From an uncultured delta proteobacterium (GTDB taxonomy: Bacteria; Myxococcota_A; Polyangia; Polyangiales; Houyiibacteriaceae), in NCBI GenBank assembly GCA_963699755.1, contig CAVOVB010000002.1, positions 768,001-832,000 of the forward strand: 64,000 nt of DNA, written 5' to 3'. A program made the translations under genes and the position numbers. How positions within the stretch are numbered: the stretch's first letter is position 1; the number at the start of each line of letters is the position of its first letter. Positions 24,333 to 33,454 of this stretch are shown here, in pieces. Under the pieces are notes generated by a model that worked only from the letters and a program-made list of their open reading frames with translations, did no database searches and was not told the DNA's origin.

Positions 24333-24764
24333 ATGTCGTGGTTTCGTCGAGGCTTGTCGCTCGCCTGGGAGGCACCGCAGACTGCCCTTGGAGTCGGGAT
24401 GCTAGGGGTCGAAGCCGCTCGACATCGCATCGTCAACATAGAGGTCGAGGATGGCCGCCTCGTGGTCGAGTCCGCCGGAACCGGGATCTCCCTCGGTCAC
24501 ATCGTGTTTTGGAGCCGTGAAAACAGTCGCTGGCAGGACCTGGACGTTCGGAATCGCGCCCATGAGCTCGGGCATTGCAAGCAGTCACGCCTGCTCGGCT
24601 GGCTCTACTTGCCCCTGGTGGGCCTGCCGTCTATTTCCCGCGCAGCGTATGCCCTTTTGTTTCGCGAAGTGACGGGCCAGCAGTGGACCCGGTACTACGA
24701 GGGCTATCCGGAGAATTGGGCTGACCGCCTGGGCGGCGTGATGCGCAGGAGAGAGCTGGGCTGA
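24333..24764 (+). CDS. Small membrane protein with HExxH motif (possible zincin-like peptidase)
   Basis: WEAPQTALG, GISLG, AHELGHCKQS..LGWLYL and PENWADRLGG. Confidence 0.7.
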   Translation: MSWFRRGLSLAWEAPQTALGVGMLGVEAARHRIVNIEVEDGRLVVESAGTGISLGHIVFWSRENSRWQDLDVRNRAHELGHCKQSRLLGWLYLPLVGLPSISRAAYALLFREVTGQQWTRYYEGYPENWADRLGGVMRRRELG

Positions 24765-25864
24765 TGGAGCTTCAAACCGTAGGAACCAGATACCAGGGCT
24801 TCATCTACCGTCAGCAGCCTCGCAACGTGTACTGGGAGACGACGATCTCTTGCGACCTGGCCTGCCAGCACTGCCGCGCAAGCGCGATCCCTCATCGCGA
24901 CCCGGCCGAGCTGACCACCGAGCAGGGCAAAGCGCTGATGCGAAGCGTTCAGGAGCTTGGCAGCATGCTCGTGCTGACCGGAGGCGACCCGCTCAAGCGC
25001 CCAGATATCGCGGAGCTGATCGAGTACGGACGCTCGCTTCCGATTCACGTGTCGATTACGCCGAGCACGACGCCGCTTCTGCAACGCAAGACGGTGGAGC
25101 GATTTCACGAGCTTGGGGTCACCGCGATGGGCGTCAGCCTCGATGGGCCGACCGCCGAGATTCACGACGCATTTCGAAACGTCCCGGGGACCTTCGAGTA
25201 CTCGATGCGGGCGCTTCAATGGGCGCGCGAGTTCGACATTCCAGTGCAGGTCAACACGACCGTGACGGCAAAGACTCTCCCCCATGTCCAAGCGATGTAC
25301 GAGCTGCTCCGCGACCAGGCTGCGCCTCCGGTGCGTCGCTGGAGCCTTTTTCTGCTGATTCCGGTAGGCCGTGGGGCCGAGCTCGACACACCGAGCGCCG
25401 ATGACGTCGAAAAGCTCTTCGACTGGGTTTACTCGATTTCTTCAAAGGCCCCGTTCCGGGTCGGCACGACCGAGGCCCCGCACTACCGTCGCTATTGGAT
25501 TCAGCAGAAGCTCAAAGAGGGCATGCCGCTCGAAGCCATTCAAGCGCGTGCGCGGCAGATGTCGTTTGGGATCCGCGATGGCAACGGCGTCATCTTCGTC
25601 TCGCATCTCGGCGAGGTGTACCCCGCTGGCTTTCTGCCCTACCCGCTTTTAGGCAACGTCAAAGAGCAGCCGCTTCACTCGATTTATCGCGAGTCCGAAG
25701 CGCTTCACGAGATTCAGGACCCGGTCAATTACAAGGGTCGCTGTGGGCGTTGCGAGTTCAAGTTCGCCTGCGGCGGTTCGCGCGCGCGAGCGTATGCAAT
25801 GACGGGCGACCCGCTCGGAGAAGACCCGCTCTGCGCGTATGAGCCTGGCGACGCGCCGACCTGA
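24764..25864 (+). CDS. Radical SAM/SPASM protein (TIGR04053 / AhbD-NirJ-like)
   Basis: WETTISCDLACQHCRA, LTGGDP, SLDG, TTEAPHYRR, DGNGVIFVSHLGEVYP and CGRCEFKFACGGSRARAYA..DPLC. Confidence 0.88.
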   Translation: MELQTVGTRYQGFIYRQQPRNVYWETTISCDLACQHCRASAIPHRDPAELTTEQGKALMRSVQELGSMLVLTGGDPLKRPDIAELIEYGRSLPIHVSITPSTTPLLQRKTVERFHELGVTAMGVSLDGPTAEIHDAFRNVPGTFEYSMRALQWAREFDIPVQVNTTVTAKTLPHVQAMYELLRDQAAPPVRRWSLFLLIPVGRGAELDTPSADDVEKLFDWVYSISSKAPFRVGTTEAPHYRRYWIQQKLKEGMPLEAIQARARQMSFGIRDGNGVIFVSHLGEVYPAGFLPYPLLGNVKEQPLHSIYRESEALHEIQDPVNYKGRCGRCEFKFACGGSRARAYAMTGDPLGEDPLCAYEPGDAPT

Positions 25865-25894
25865 GCCCCTCGCTCGGCGACGGGGCTACTTTTT
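25864..25894 (+). terminator. Intrinsic terminator between convergent genes
   Basis: AGCCCCTCGC-TCG-GCGACGGGGCT hairpin followed by ACTTTTT. Confidence 0.55.
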
Positions 25895-27010
25895 GGGGAG
25901 GCCGAGCGCACGGTCGGCGATCAGATTCAGCAAGAGGTTGTTGAAGACGTAGACGGTCCCTTCGCGGAGCTTGCGCTCGACGTGATACTCCGAGGCGAGG
26001 CCCCAGCCGCCAAAGGTGGTCAGCGCCGCACGCGAAGTCTCCCAGGCCGCTTCCGACGCCAAGACTTTCGCCATCGCCGAGCGCGGCACCGCGTCCTCAC
26101 CACGATCGACGAGCTCGAGAACGTCCCAGCGCATCAGGTCCGCGGCCTCGACTTTGGCGTAGGCTTGCACCAGCGGGTACTGGATGCCCTGGTTGACGCC
26201 GATGAGCTGGTCGAAGGTCTTGCGCGTTTTGGCATAGTCGATGCTGCGATCCAGCAGGAAACGCGCATTGCCGATCGCCTCGGAGGCCGCGAGCACGCGT
26301 CGAATCACGAAGCCTTTCATCAGGCAGGGAAGCCCTTCGCCGACGGGTCCGATCCGCGCGCTGTCCGGCACGCGGAGGTCGTCGATGAACAGGCTTGCGG
26401 TCATGCGGTGGGCGACGAGGTCGATGGGATGCATCTCGACCTGGTCGCCGACGTCATCGAGGTCGAGCAGGAAAAGCGTGGTGCCTTCATCGGCGCGCGC
26501 CAGAAGAATCAGCAAGCGCGTATGCCCCGCAAACGAGATGAGCACCTTGCTCGCGTTGATGAGCCAGCCGTCGCCCTCGCGGCGAGCGCTGCTCGCGAGC
26601 TCGTTCATGTTCGCACCGCTGTCGGGCTCGGTGGCCGCTACGGTTAGGAATCGAATGTCGCCAGACGCGACGCCTGGCAGATACCGCTGTTTTTGCTCTT
26701 CAGTTCCGTGAAGGACGAGGGTGCGGCAGATGGCCATCTGCGCGTTGACCGATGCGGCGTCGCCGCCCGCGCGGTTGATCTCTTCGACTAGCACGGATGC
26801 CACGCGGGCTCCTGCGTCCAGGCCGCCGTAGGCCTCGGGGATGAAGGTGCCGAAGTAGCCCGCCTCGCCGATCGTGTCGAAGAAGGCGCTTGGAAAGGTT
26901 TTGGCCGCGTCCTGTTCGCGCCAGTAATCGGGTCCAAAACGCTGGAGCGCGGGGCCGAGCGCAGCGCGGACTTCATCCAGCGCGAAATCGGAGCTTTGTT
27001 TGGACGCCAT
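25886..27010 (-). CDS. Acyl-CoA dehydrogenase family protein (divergent active site)
   Basis: IPEAYGG, ATEPDSG, YAKTRKTF..IGVNQGIQYPL, AKVLASEAAW and TFGGWG..EYHVER. Confidence 0.88.
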   Translation of the reverse strand: MASKQSSDFALDEVRAALGPALQRFGPDYWREQDAAKTFPSAFFDTIGEAGYFGTFIPEAYGGLDAGARVASVLVEEINRAGGDAASVNAQMAICRTLVLHGTEEQKQRYLPGVASGDIRFLTVAATEPDSGANMNELASSARREGDGWLINASKVLISFAGHTRLLILLARADEGTTLFLLDLDDVGDQVEMHPIDLVAHRMTASLFIDDLRVPDSARIGPVGEGLPCLMKGFVIRRVLAASEAIGNARFLLDRSIDYAKTRKTFDQLIGVNQGIQYPLVQAYAKVEAADLMRWDVLELVDRGEDAVPRSAMAKVLASEAAWETSRAALTTFGGWGLASEYHVERKLREGTVYVFNNLLLNLIADRALGLPKK

Positions 27011-27105
27011 GCGACTGCAGCTTTACATCGGGTCCGGTCAAACGCCAAAAGGGCGCAGCAGCACCCGGACGCGGACACCGAGGTCGGTCACGACGGCTGG
27101 GCCGC

Positions 27106-28485
27106 TCATAGTGTCGTGAGCCAGCGCCAATCGGCGCCGAGCAAATCGTTCGCCTCGGGCGGCCCCCAGCTGCCCCGCGGATACGGAGCGACGGGTCGAC
27201 TGTCGGCCAAAGCGCTGTCGACGATTCTCCAGGCCTCCATCACGCCGTCTTGACGCGCGAACAAGCCTGGGTCGCCGCGAAGCGCGTCACCGATCAGCCG
27301 ATCGTAGGCATCGCGGCCTTTGGGCCTATCGTGCTCGAGGTGTAGCTCGATCGGGCGACTGACCATCGCGGGCCCGGGCTTTTTGGCTTGCATCGACAGA
27401 CTGATCCCGTCGTCGGGCTTGGTGCGGAACGTCAATCGGTTTGGGCTCGGACGACAGCTCGCGTCGGCGAACAGTGGGCGTGGAGGACGGTCGAACTCGA
27501 CAACCGCTTCGGTCACGGTGGAATGAAGGCCCTTGCCCGCGCGAATGATCCAAGGCACTCCAGCCCAGCGCCACGAATCGAGCTCCAGTCGCACGGCCGT
27601 GAAGGTCTCGGTATCGGAGTCGGCGGCGACACCAGGCTCTTCACGGTATCCAAGATACTGTCCGCGCACGACCGCATCGGGGGACGGCGCCACGATCGCG
27701 CTCAGGGCTTTGGCCCGCTCGTCACGCAAGGAATCCGGGTCGTCGGAGACCGGTGGCTCCATCGCGAGCAGCGAAAGGACCTGCAGGAGATGATTCTGCA
27801 CGACATCGCGCATGGTGCCGACCTTGTCGTAGAACGAGCCTCTTCCCTCGATACCGAAGTCCTCGGCCATGGTGATTTGAACGCCGCGCACGTAGTGGCG
27901 GTTCCAAATCGGCTCCAAGACGGTGTTGGAGAAGCGAAAGATCATGAGGTTCTGAACGGATTCCTTTCCGAGGAAGTGATCGATGCGGTACACCTGGCCT
28001 TCGGGGAAATGACGGTGGATGATGTCATTGAGCTCCGTGGCGGACTGCGCATCTCGACCGAACGGCTTTTCGAGCACCAGTCGGCCGCCACGATTGAGTC
28101 CCACCGAGGCGAGGCCCTCGACGACGTCGTCAAACAGGCCCGGAGGGATGGCCAGGTACGATACGGAGCGGGTTCTGCCCGATAGCTTCGCGAAGATCGC
28201 CTCGTAGGTGCCGGGCTCGCGGTAGTTGCCGGACACGTAGCTCAGGTTGGCGGCGAGCCGCGCGAACACCTCTTCGTCGATGGGGCTGCCCGAAACTTCC
28301 AGGGCCTCCCGCGCCTTGCCTCGCAAGGTCTCGTCATCCCAGCCGCGCGACGCCACCCCGACGACCGGGATGTCGAGCTTGCCGGCGGCGGTGAGGTCGT
28401 ACAGAGCGGAGAACAGCTTCCTTCGCGCGAGGTCTCCGGTGATGCCGAAGAGGATCAGCGCATCGGCGTAGCTCGTGTCGCTCAT
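27106..28485 (-). CDS. zwf: Glucose-6-phosphate 1-dehydrogenase
   Basis: GITGDLAR, LEKPFG, RIDHFLGKE, RDVVQNHLLQ, RGQY and WRWAGVP..RAGK. Confidence 0.96.
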   Translation of the reverse strand: MSDTSYADALILFGITGDLARRKLFSALYDLTAAGKLDIPVVGVASRGWDDETLRGKAREALEVSGSPIDEEVFARLAANLSYVSGNYREPGTYEAIFAKLSGRTRSVSYLAIPPGLFDDVVEGLASVGLNRGGRLVLEKPFGRDAQSATELNDIIHRHFPEGQVYRIDHFLGKESVQNLMIFRFSNTVLEPIWNRHYVRGVQITMAEDFGIEGRGSFYDKVGTMRDVVQNHLLQVLSLLAMEPPVSDDPDSLRDERAKALSAIVAPSPDAVVRGQYLGYREEPGVAADSDTETFTAVRLELDSWRWAGVPWIIRAGKGLHSTVTEAVVEFDRPPRPLFADASCRPSPNRLTFRTKPDDGISLSMQAKKPGPAMVSRPIELHLEHDRPKGRDAYDRLIGDALRGDPGLFARQDGVMEAWRIVDSALADSRPVAPYPRGSWGPPEANDLLGADWRWLTTL

Positions 28486-29781
28486 CTAGGCCGCCAGTAA
28501 GCCCCGCAGGGCTTCGTACACGTCGGGGTGGTTGGCGATGTGGATGTGATTCATGCCGAACAAGACCGCACCGCTCGAGAAATGGATCCGGCGGGCCGGT
28601 TCAGGGGCCTGTCCCGAGGCGCTCGGCAGTCGAACCATCAGGTCGCCAAGCAACTGACCCAGTGGATGATCGGGATCACGCGAAATCGTCGCTGCCAGGA
28701 AGTAGTAGCCGACTCCGTCGACGAGCGGGATGTTGCGGCGGGCGTCGGCAAAGACCTCGTCTGGATCGCGCCCCAGCCATTCTTCGTCGACGGTATAGCC
28801 ATAGCGGAGGTCTTTGACGCCCGCGCTTCGAGCATCGAGCAATGCGGCTGGAACTTGTGCGCCCGCTGCTTCCACCTTTCGTAGCGCCCCGGTCATGAGG
28901 CTCACGGCCTTCTCGAGTGGTGCGCCGAGGTGAGGCGACCCGATGCAGGCCACGTGACGAAGCTCGGCGACCCATGGTTCGTTGTGCTCGCGCGCGTAGT
29001 GCGCCGCACTTCGGGCGACCAAGCCGCCCATGCTGTGTCCGACGAGGGCGACCTCTTCGACTGGCACCGGGTACGCTTCGAGCGTCTGGGTGATCAGCTT
29101 GGCCAGCGCACGCCCGTTCTCGGAGATGTGCCGGCCGGTGTTGTAACGCAGATAGATCGGCGTGAAGCCGAGGTCGTCCGAGAGACGCGTGCCGAAGGTC
29201 ACGTCGGGATCGCCGTAGTGGGCTTCGGAAGAAAGGCTCCAGAGCCACTCGGTCGCCGCGAGGCTGTGCACGAACACACAGACCTTGTTCGTGGGGTTCG
29301 GAAACGCGGCCGCAAAGGCCTCGGGGGTGACGGGAAGGTGCCGACCGTGGTGGCGCAGGGTCATCCCGAGATCGAGACGGCTGTTCTTTCGGCTCAGGTG
29401 GTCACCCCAAAAACCGTTGATCGAGGCCTGAAGATAGTCGAGGTACCAGGCCGCCGTGCCCGCCGCACTGGACCGCAGGGGCGTGGCGAGCTCTAGGTCA
29501 GCGGGCTCGGACACTTGTTCGAGACCAGCCTCGGCCACATCGGCGACAGCGTTTACCGTGAAGCGGCTGATGCCGTTGAGCACCCGCACCGACTCGAAAA
29601 CGCCGCTCGAAATCGCCTTTTGGACCCCGGTTACGACTTTGGCCGTGCTTTTGGCGGGCTCGACCGGCGCAAATCGCCGCACCGACCTCTCCACGACCGC
29701 ATCATGGGTTCGCTCGACGAGGTTGGTGGTCTCCTCGACGACGTCGAACACCAAATCCATGAATCCTCGAACCCTTCGCAT
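28486..29781 (-). CDS. PGAP1-like alpha/beta hydrolase (lipase/acyltransferase)
   Basis: LRYNTGRHISENG, GHSMGGLVARSA, GSPHLGAPLEK, GDLMV..SA and HIANHPDVY. Confidence 0.88.
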   Translation of the reverse strand: MRRVRGFMDLVFDVVEETTNLVERTHDAVVERSVRRFAPVEPAKSTAKVVTGVQKAISSGVFESVRVLNGISRFTVNAVADVAEAGLEQVSEPADLELATPLRSSAAGTAAWYLDYLQASINGFWGDHLSRKNSRLDLGMTLRHHGRHLPVTPEAFAAAFPNPTNKVCVFVHSLAATEWLWSLSSEAHYGDPDVTFGTRLSDDLGFTPIYLRYNTGRHISENGRALAKLITQTLEAYPVPVEEVALVGHSMGGLVARSAAHYAREHNEPWVAELRHVACIGSPHLGAPLEKAVSLMTGALRKVEAAGAQVPAALLDARSAGVKDLRYGYTVDEEWLGRDPDEVFADARRNIPLVDGVGYYFLAATISRDPDHPLGQLLGDLMVRLPSASGQAPEPARRIHFSSGAVLFGMNHIHIANHPDVYEALRGLLAA

Positions 29782-29871
29782 GCCTTTGAGGCGCAGCCTG
29801 CACGCTGAGGGCCCTCCTGTCGAGGACAGGAACGGCTTGAGGGAGGGCCCTTGAAGTGCTCCACTACGACG

Positions 29872-30606
29872 ATGAAGACACGTTCGATCCAGCTACTCCT
29901 GATCTCTGTTGCCATGCTGCTCGGCGCGGCTTGCCAGAGCAAGGGTCCGGCCCCGAAAGAGGCAAGTGGGGCCGCCCCCAAGGTTGGCACCAGCGAAACC
30001 GGTGGCGCGCATCCCGGCAGTGCAAATGACCCGCACGCGGGAATGGCACCGGTCGGAGATCCGCATGCGGGAGTGGACATGACCCAGAGGCCGCAGGCTG
30101 GCGCGCCGGTCTTCGGGCAACCCGATGCGGCGGGAATGGTCGATCTGGGGGAGGTCGCTTTTAAGGTGCCCGATGGGTGGACCGCCCAGGCGCCGAAGTC
30201 GGCGATGCGTCGCGCGCAGCTGAGCGCGACAGGTTCCGCGGGGCCGGCCGAGCTGATCGTGTACTTCTTCGGCCCCCAAGGCGCAGGCACCACGCAGGAG
30301 AACATCGATCGCTGGGTGGGACAGTTCAGCAATCCGGACGGCTCGCCGGTTTCCTCTTCGAAGCAGACCAAGAGCAAGGCAGCCGGTGTGGACGTGACCA
30401 GGCTTGAGGTCGCAGGCCAGTACTCGGGTGGGATGTCGCCGACGGGTCAGCAGCAGGCCGCACAGGCCAATCAACGCCTGATCGCCGCCGTGGTGAACAC
30501 TCCGGGTGGGCCATACTACTTCAAGTTCCTCGGACCAGACGCAACGGTGGTGGAACAGGGCGCTGCCTTCGACGAGCTGATCTCGTCGCTCGTCCCCTCA
30601 CCCTGA
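29872..30606 (+). CDS. Conserved hypothetical lipoprotein
   Basis: Lipobox LGAAC and a DPHAG tandem repeat. Globular part FKVPDGW..MRRAQ..ENIDRWVGQF..GPYYFKFLGP. Confidence 0.8.
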   Translation: MKTRSIQLLLISVAMLLGAACQSKGPAPKEASGAAPKVGTSETGGAHPGSANDPHAGMAPVGDPHAGVDMTQRPQAGAPVFGQPDAAGMVDLGEVAFKVPDGWTAQAPKSAMRRAQLSATGSAGPAELIVYFFGPQGAGTTQENIDRWVGQFSNPDGSPVSSSKQTKSKAAGVDVTRLEVAGQYSGGMSPTGQQQAAQANQRLIAAVVNTPGGPYYFKFLGPDATVVEQGAAFDELISSLVPSP

Positions 30607-30673
30607 GCGTCGCGCCCCCGCTTTGATCGGGCTTCCACTTGCGGGATTTCCCAGCTAAGTTCAACCCCGAACA

Positions 30674-31735
30674 ATGATGGAGGCCCAAGAACGACCGAGC
30701 ATGGTGCGGCCCACCGACCTGCGCCGCCGTTCTCGGTTCGTGCAAGCGCTGGCGTTCTCCCATTCAGCCGCCGTGTCCCCGACGCGACGGCGAATGATGA
30801 CGATCTCGACGTATTTCCTGCTCTGGCTCCTGCTCACGGCGCTTGCACCGCTGTGGATTCCGGCCGCCTTCGTGATTGGGCTCTTTCGACGCTGCTCGTT
30901 TGCAATCCTGCGCCTCCTGATGTTCTTCTGGACCTACCTCACCATCGAGTTGATGGGCCTGACGGCGGCTGCGTTCATCTACCTCGTCACCAGGGGCAAT
31001 ACTGAGCGACGAGAGGATCTCTTCTTTCGACTCGAGTGCTGGTGGGGCAGCTCGCTCTTCGGCTGGATCGCTCGCCTTCTCTCGCTTTCGGTGTCGATCG
31101 AAGGCGAGGAGCATATTCTCCCCGGCCCCGTCCTGGTGTTCATTCGGCACGCCAGCATCATCGACACAGCGATTCCGGTCACTTTCATCTCCAATGCAAA
31201 GGGCCTGCGGCTTCGCTACGTATTCAAGCGCGAGCTTCTAGTGGACCCTTGCATCGACGTCGCCGGTCACGCCTCACCCAACTACTTCATCGACCGCGGC
31301 GGCAGTGCGCACGAGGAGATCGCAGGCGTTCGAAAGCTGGGAGAGAACCTCGGCGACCAGGGGGTGCTGCTCTACCCAGAGGGCACTCGCTTCACCAGGC
31401 GGAAGCAAGAAATCGCCCTCAAAAGGCTCGCCAAGACGCACCCGGACCTCGCGGAGATCGCCGCGACGTTCAAGCACTGCCTTCCGCCCAAACCCGGGGG
31501 CGCGCTTGCCCTACTCGACGCCGCCCCCGATGCCGATGTGCTCATCGTTGCGCATCGCGGGCTCGAAGGCCTCGCGAACGCGACGGACTTGCTCAACGGC
31601 ACCGTGGTGGGCGCGCATATCCAGATACGAATCTGGCGCGTCAGTGCCGACGCGATCCCGTCCGGTGAACGACGGCGGCGCTGGCTTTTCGATTGGTGGA
31701 AGACCGTTGACGATTTCGTCGACGCGGGGGGCTGA
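30674..31735 (+). CDS. Lysophospholipid acyltransferase (PlsC family)
   Basis: RHASIID (HxxxxD), FIDR and YPEGTRF, with N-terminal TM segments. Confidence 0.88.
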   Translation: MMEAQERPSMVRPTDLRRRSRFVQALAFSHSAAVSPTRRRMMTISTYFLLWLLLTALAPLWIPAAFVIGLFRRCSFAILRLLMFFWTYLTIELMGLTAAAFIYLVTRGNTERREDLFFRLECWWGSSLFGWIARLLSLSVSIEGEEHILPGPVLVFIRHASIIDTAIPVTFISNAKGLRLRYVFKRELLVDPCIDVAGHASPNYFIDRGGSAHEEIAGVRKLGENLGDQGVLLYPEGTRFTRRKQEIALKRLAKTHPDLAEIAATFKHCLPPKPGGALALLDAAPDADVLIVAHRGLEGLANATDLLNGTVVGAHIQIRIWRVSADAIPSGERRRRWLFDWWKTVDDFVDAGG

Positions 31736-32915
31736 CAGGCTTGGGCCCGTCGGCGGGATCCCCTGGATCCCTTGGCGGCAGATCGACCTCGAACTCTGAG
31801 GGCCTGAACTTGATCAGCTTCTCAACCGCGCGCAGTCGACCTCGTTCCGATGGATCGACCAGCGACCAGGCGGCTCCGGCAGCGCCCGCGCGACCCGTTC
31901 GGCCGATGCGGTGCACGTAGCTCTCCGGTTCGTGCGGCAGCTCGTAGTTGATCACGTGGGAGACCGCATCGATGTCGATTCCGCGCGCGGCGATGTCCGT
32001 CGCAACCAGCACCCAGGAGTCGCCGTTCTTGAAGCTCTGCAAGGCACGCTGCCTCGCGCCCTGTGACTTGTTGCCGTGAATGGCTTCGGCACCGATGCCG
32101 GCGTTCCCGAGCTTCCGGGCCACCTTGTTCGCGCCATGCTTGGTGCGGGTGAACACGATCGCCCGGGACACCTCGTCATCTCGGAGCAAATGCTCGAGCA
32201 TGCGCTGCTTGTCGCCGGTGCCGACCATGACGACGCGCTGGTCGATTTCCTTCACGGTCACCTCTTTGGGCGACACATCGATGCGAACCGGATCGTCGAG
32301 GATGTCTCGGGCGAGCGCTGCAACCGCATGTGGCATCGTGGCCGAAAAGAGAAGCGACTGACGGCTTTTCGGGGTCTGCGCGACGATTCGTTTCACGTCG
32401 CGGATGAATCCCATGTCCAGCAGCCGGTCGGCTTCGTCGAGCACCAGCACGTCGACCTCCGAAAGATCGATGTGGCGCTGACCTGCCAGGTCGAGCAGCC
32501 GGCCGGGAGTCGCGACCACCACGTCGAGTCCCTCTTTGAGGGCTTTGATCTGCGGGTTCGCGCTCACGCCACCGAAGATGAATGCGTGACGAAGCTTGGT
32601 GTACTTGCCAAAGCGCTCGAGCTCATCGTGAATTTGGAGGGCGAGCTCGCGAGTGGGCGCAAGAATGAGCGCGCGCGGCCGCCGGGGTCGCGCTGGCGAG
32701 TTTTCTTCCTCCAGACGCTGTAACAGAGGCAACGCGAACGCTGCCGTTTTGCCGGTCCCGGTCTGAGCGATGCCCAGTAGGTCTCTCTCCTGCAACAGAT
32801 GCGGGATGGCCTGGGTTTGGATCGGCGTGGGCTCTGTGTAGCCCACGTCTCTCAGGGCTCGGCGAAATTTTTCGCCGAGCCCGAGAGATGAGAAGTCGTT
32901 AAGACTCGTGGTCAT
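31641..32915 (-). CDS. rhlE: DEAD-box RNA helicase (RhlE-like)
   Basis: PTPIQ, AQTGTGKT, PTRELA, DEAD, SAT, HGNKSQ and HRIGRTGR. Confidence 0.92.
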   Translation of the reverse strand: MTTSLNDFSSLGLGEKFRRALRDVGYTEPTPIQTQAIPHLLQERDLLGIAQTGTGKTAAFALPLLQRLEEENSPARPRRPRALILAPTRELALQIHDELERFGKYTKLRHAFIFGGVSANPQIKALKEGLDVVVATPGRLLDLAGQRHIDLSEVDVLVLDEADRLLDMGFIRDVKRIVAQTPKSRQSLLFSATMPHAVAALARDILDDPVRIDVSPKEVTVKEIDQRVVMVGTGDKQRMLEHLLRDDEVSRAIVFTRTKHGANKVARKLGNAGIGAEAIHGNKSQGARQRALQSFKNGDSWVLVATDIAARGIDIDAVSHVINYELPHEPESYVHRIGRTGRAGAAGAAWSLVDPSERGRLRAVEKLIKFRPSEFEVDLPPRDPGDPADGPKPVSPPRRRNRQRSSTNRKASAAVVHRTGSRRH

Positions 32916-32924
32916 GCGTACCGC

Positions 32925-33206
32925 TTACCAACGATTGTCGGAGCGGCGGTCGTTTCGGGGACGATCATTGGCCGTATCGACACGGATTGTGCGACCGTCG
33001 AGCGTGGAGTTGTTGAGCTCCTCGACCGCGCGGCTCGCACTGGCTTCGTCCTCGAACGTCACGAAGCCGAAGCCCCGCGAGCGACCGGTTTCCCGGTCCG
33101 TAATCACCTTGGCTTCGGCGACGGTGCCACATGCCTCGAAAGCCTGCTGAAGCTCACTGTCTGTCGTGTTCCAGCTCAGGCCACCTACGAATAGTTTCTT
33201 GCTCAT
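32925..33206 (-). CDS. Single-RRM RNA-binding protein
   Basis: RNP2 LFVGGL and RNP1 RGFGFVTF. Confidence 0.96.
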   Translation of the reverse strand: MSKKLFVGGLSWNTTDSELQQAFEACGTVAEAKVITDRETGRSRGFGFVTFEDEASASRAVEELNNSTLDGRTIRVDTANDRPRNDRRSDNRW

Positions 33207-33454
33207 TCTGTCTGTCTCTCTCTGATCTATCTGCGCAGCATCAGCCGGGAACTGTCCCGTGCATCTACTCCGCGTCTCTAACTTGCCGATGTCTTCTACG
33301 AACCGTTTAGCCGTTGTTTCGAATCACGGTGCGGGTCTGGTAGGAACAGGTCGGCAGCGTGCTGGCAGCCCACGATGGGCTCCCGCGTCCTTGGTGGACG
33401 ATTGGGGCAAGGTAGCAGTTGCTCTGCGCTTGTCCAGCGAGCCACCAATCGTGC

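Noticed and set aside
31641..31735. 95-bp convergent overlap of the acyltransferase and helicase 3' ends
   Set aside because: It involves only the low-complexity helicase tail, most simply stop-codon drift.
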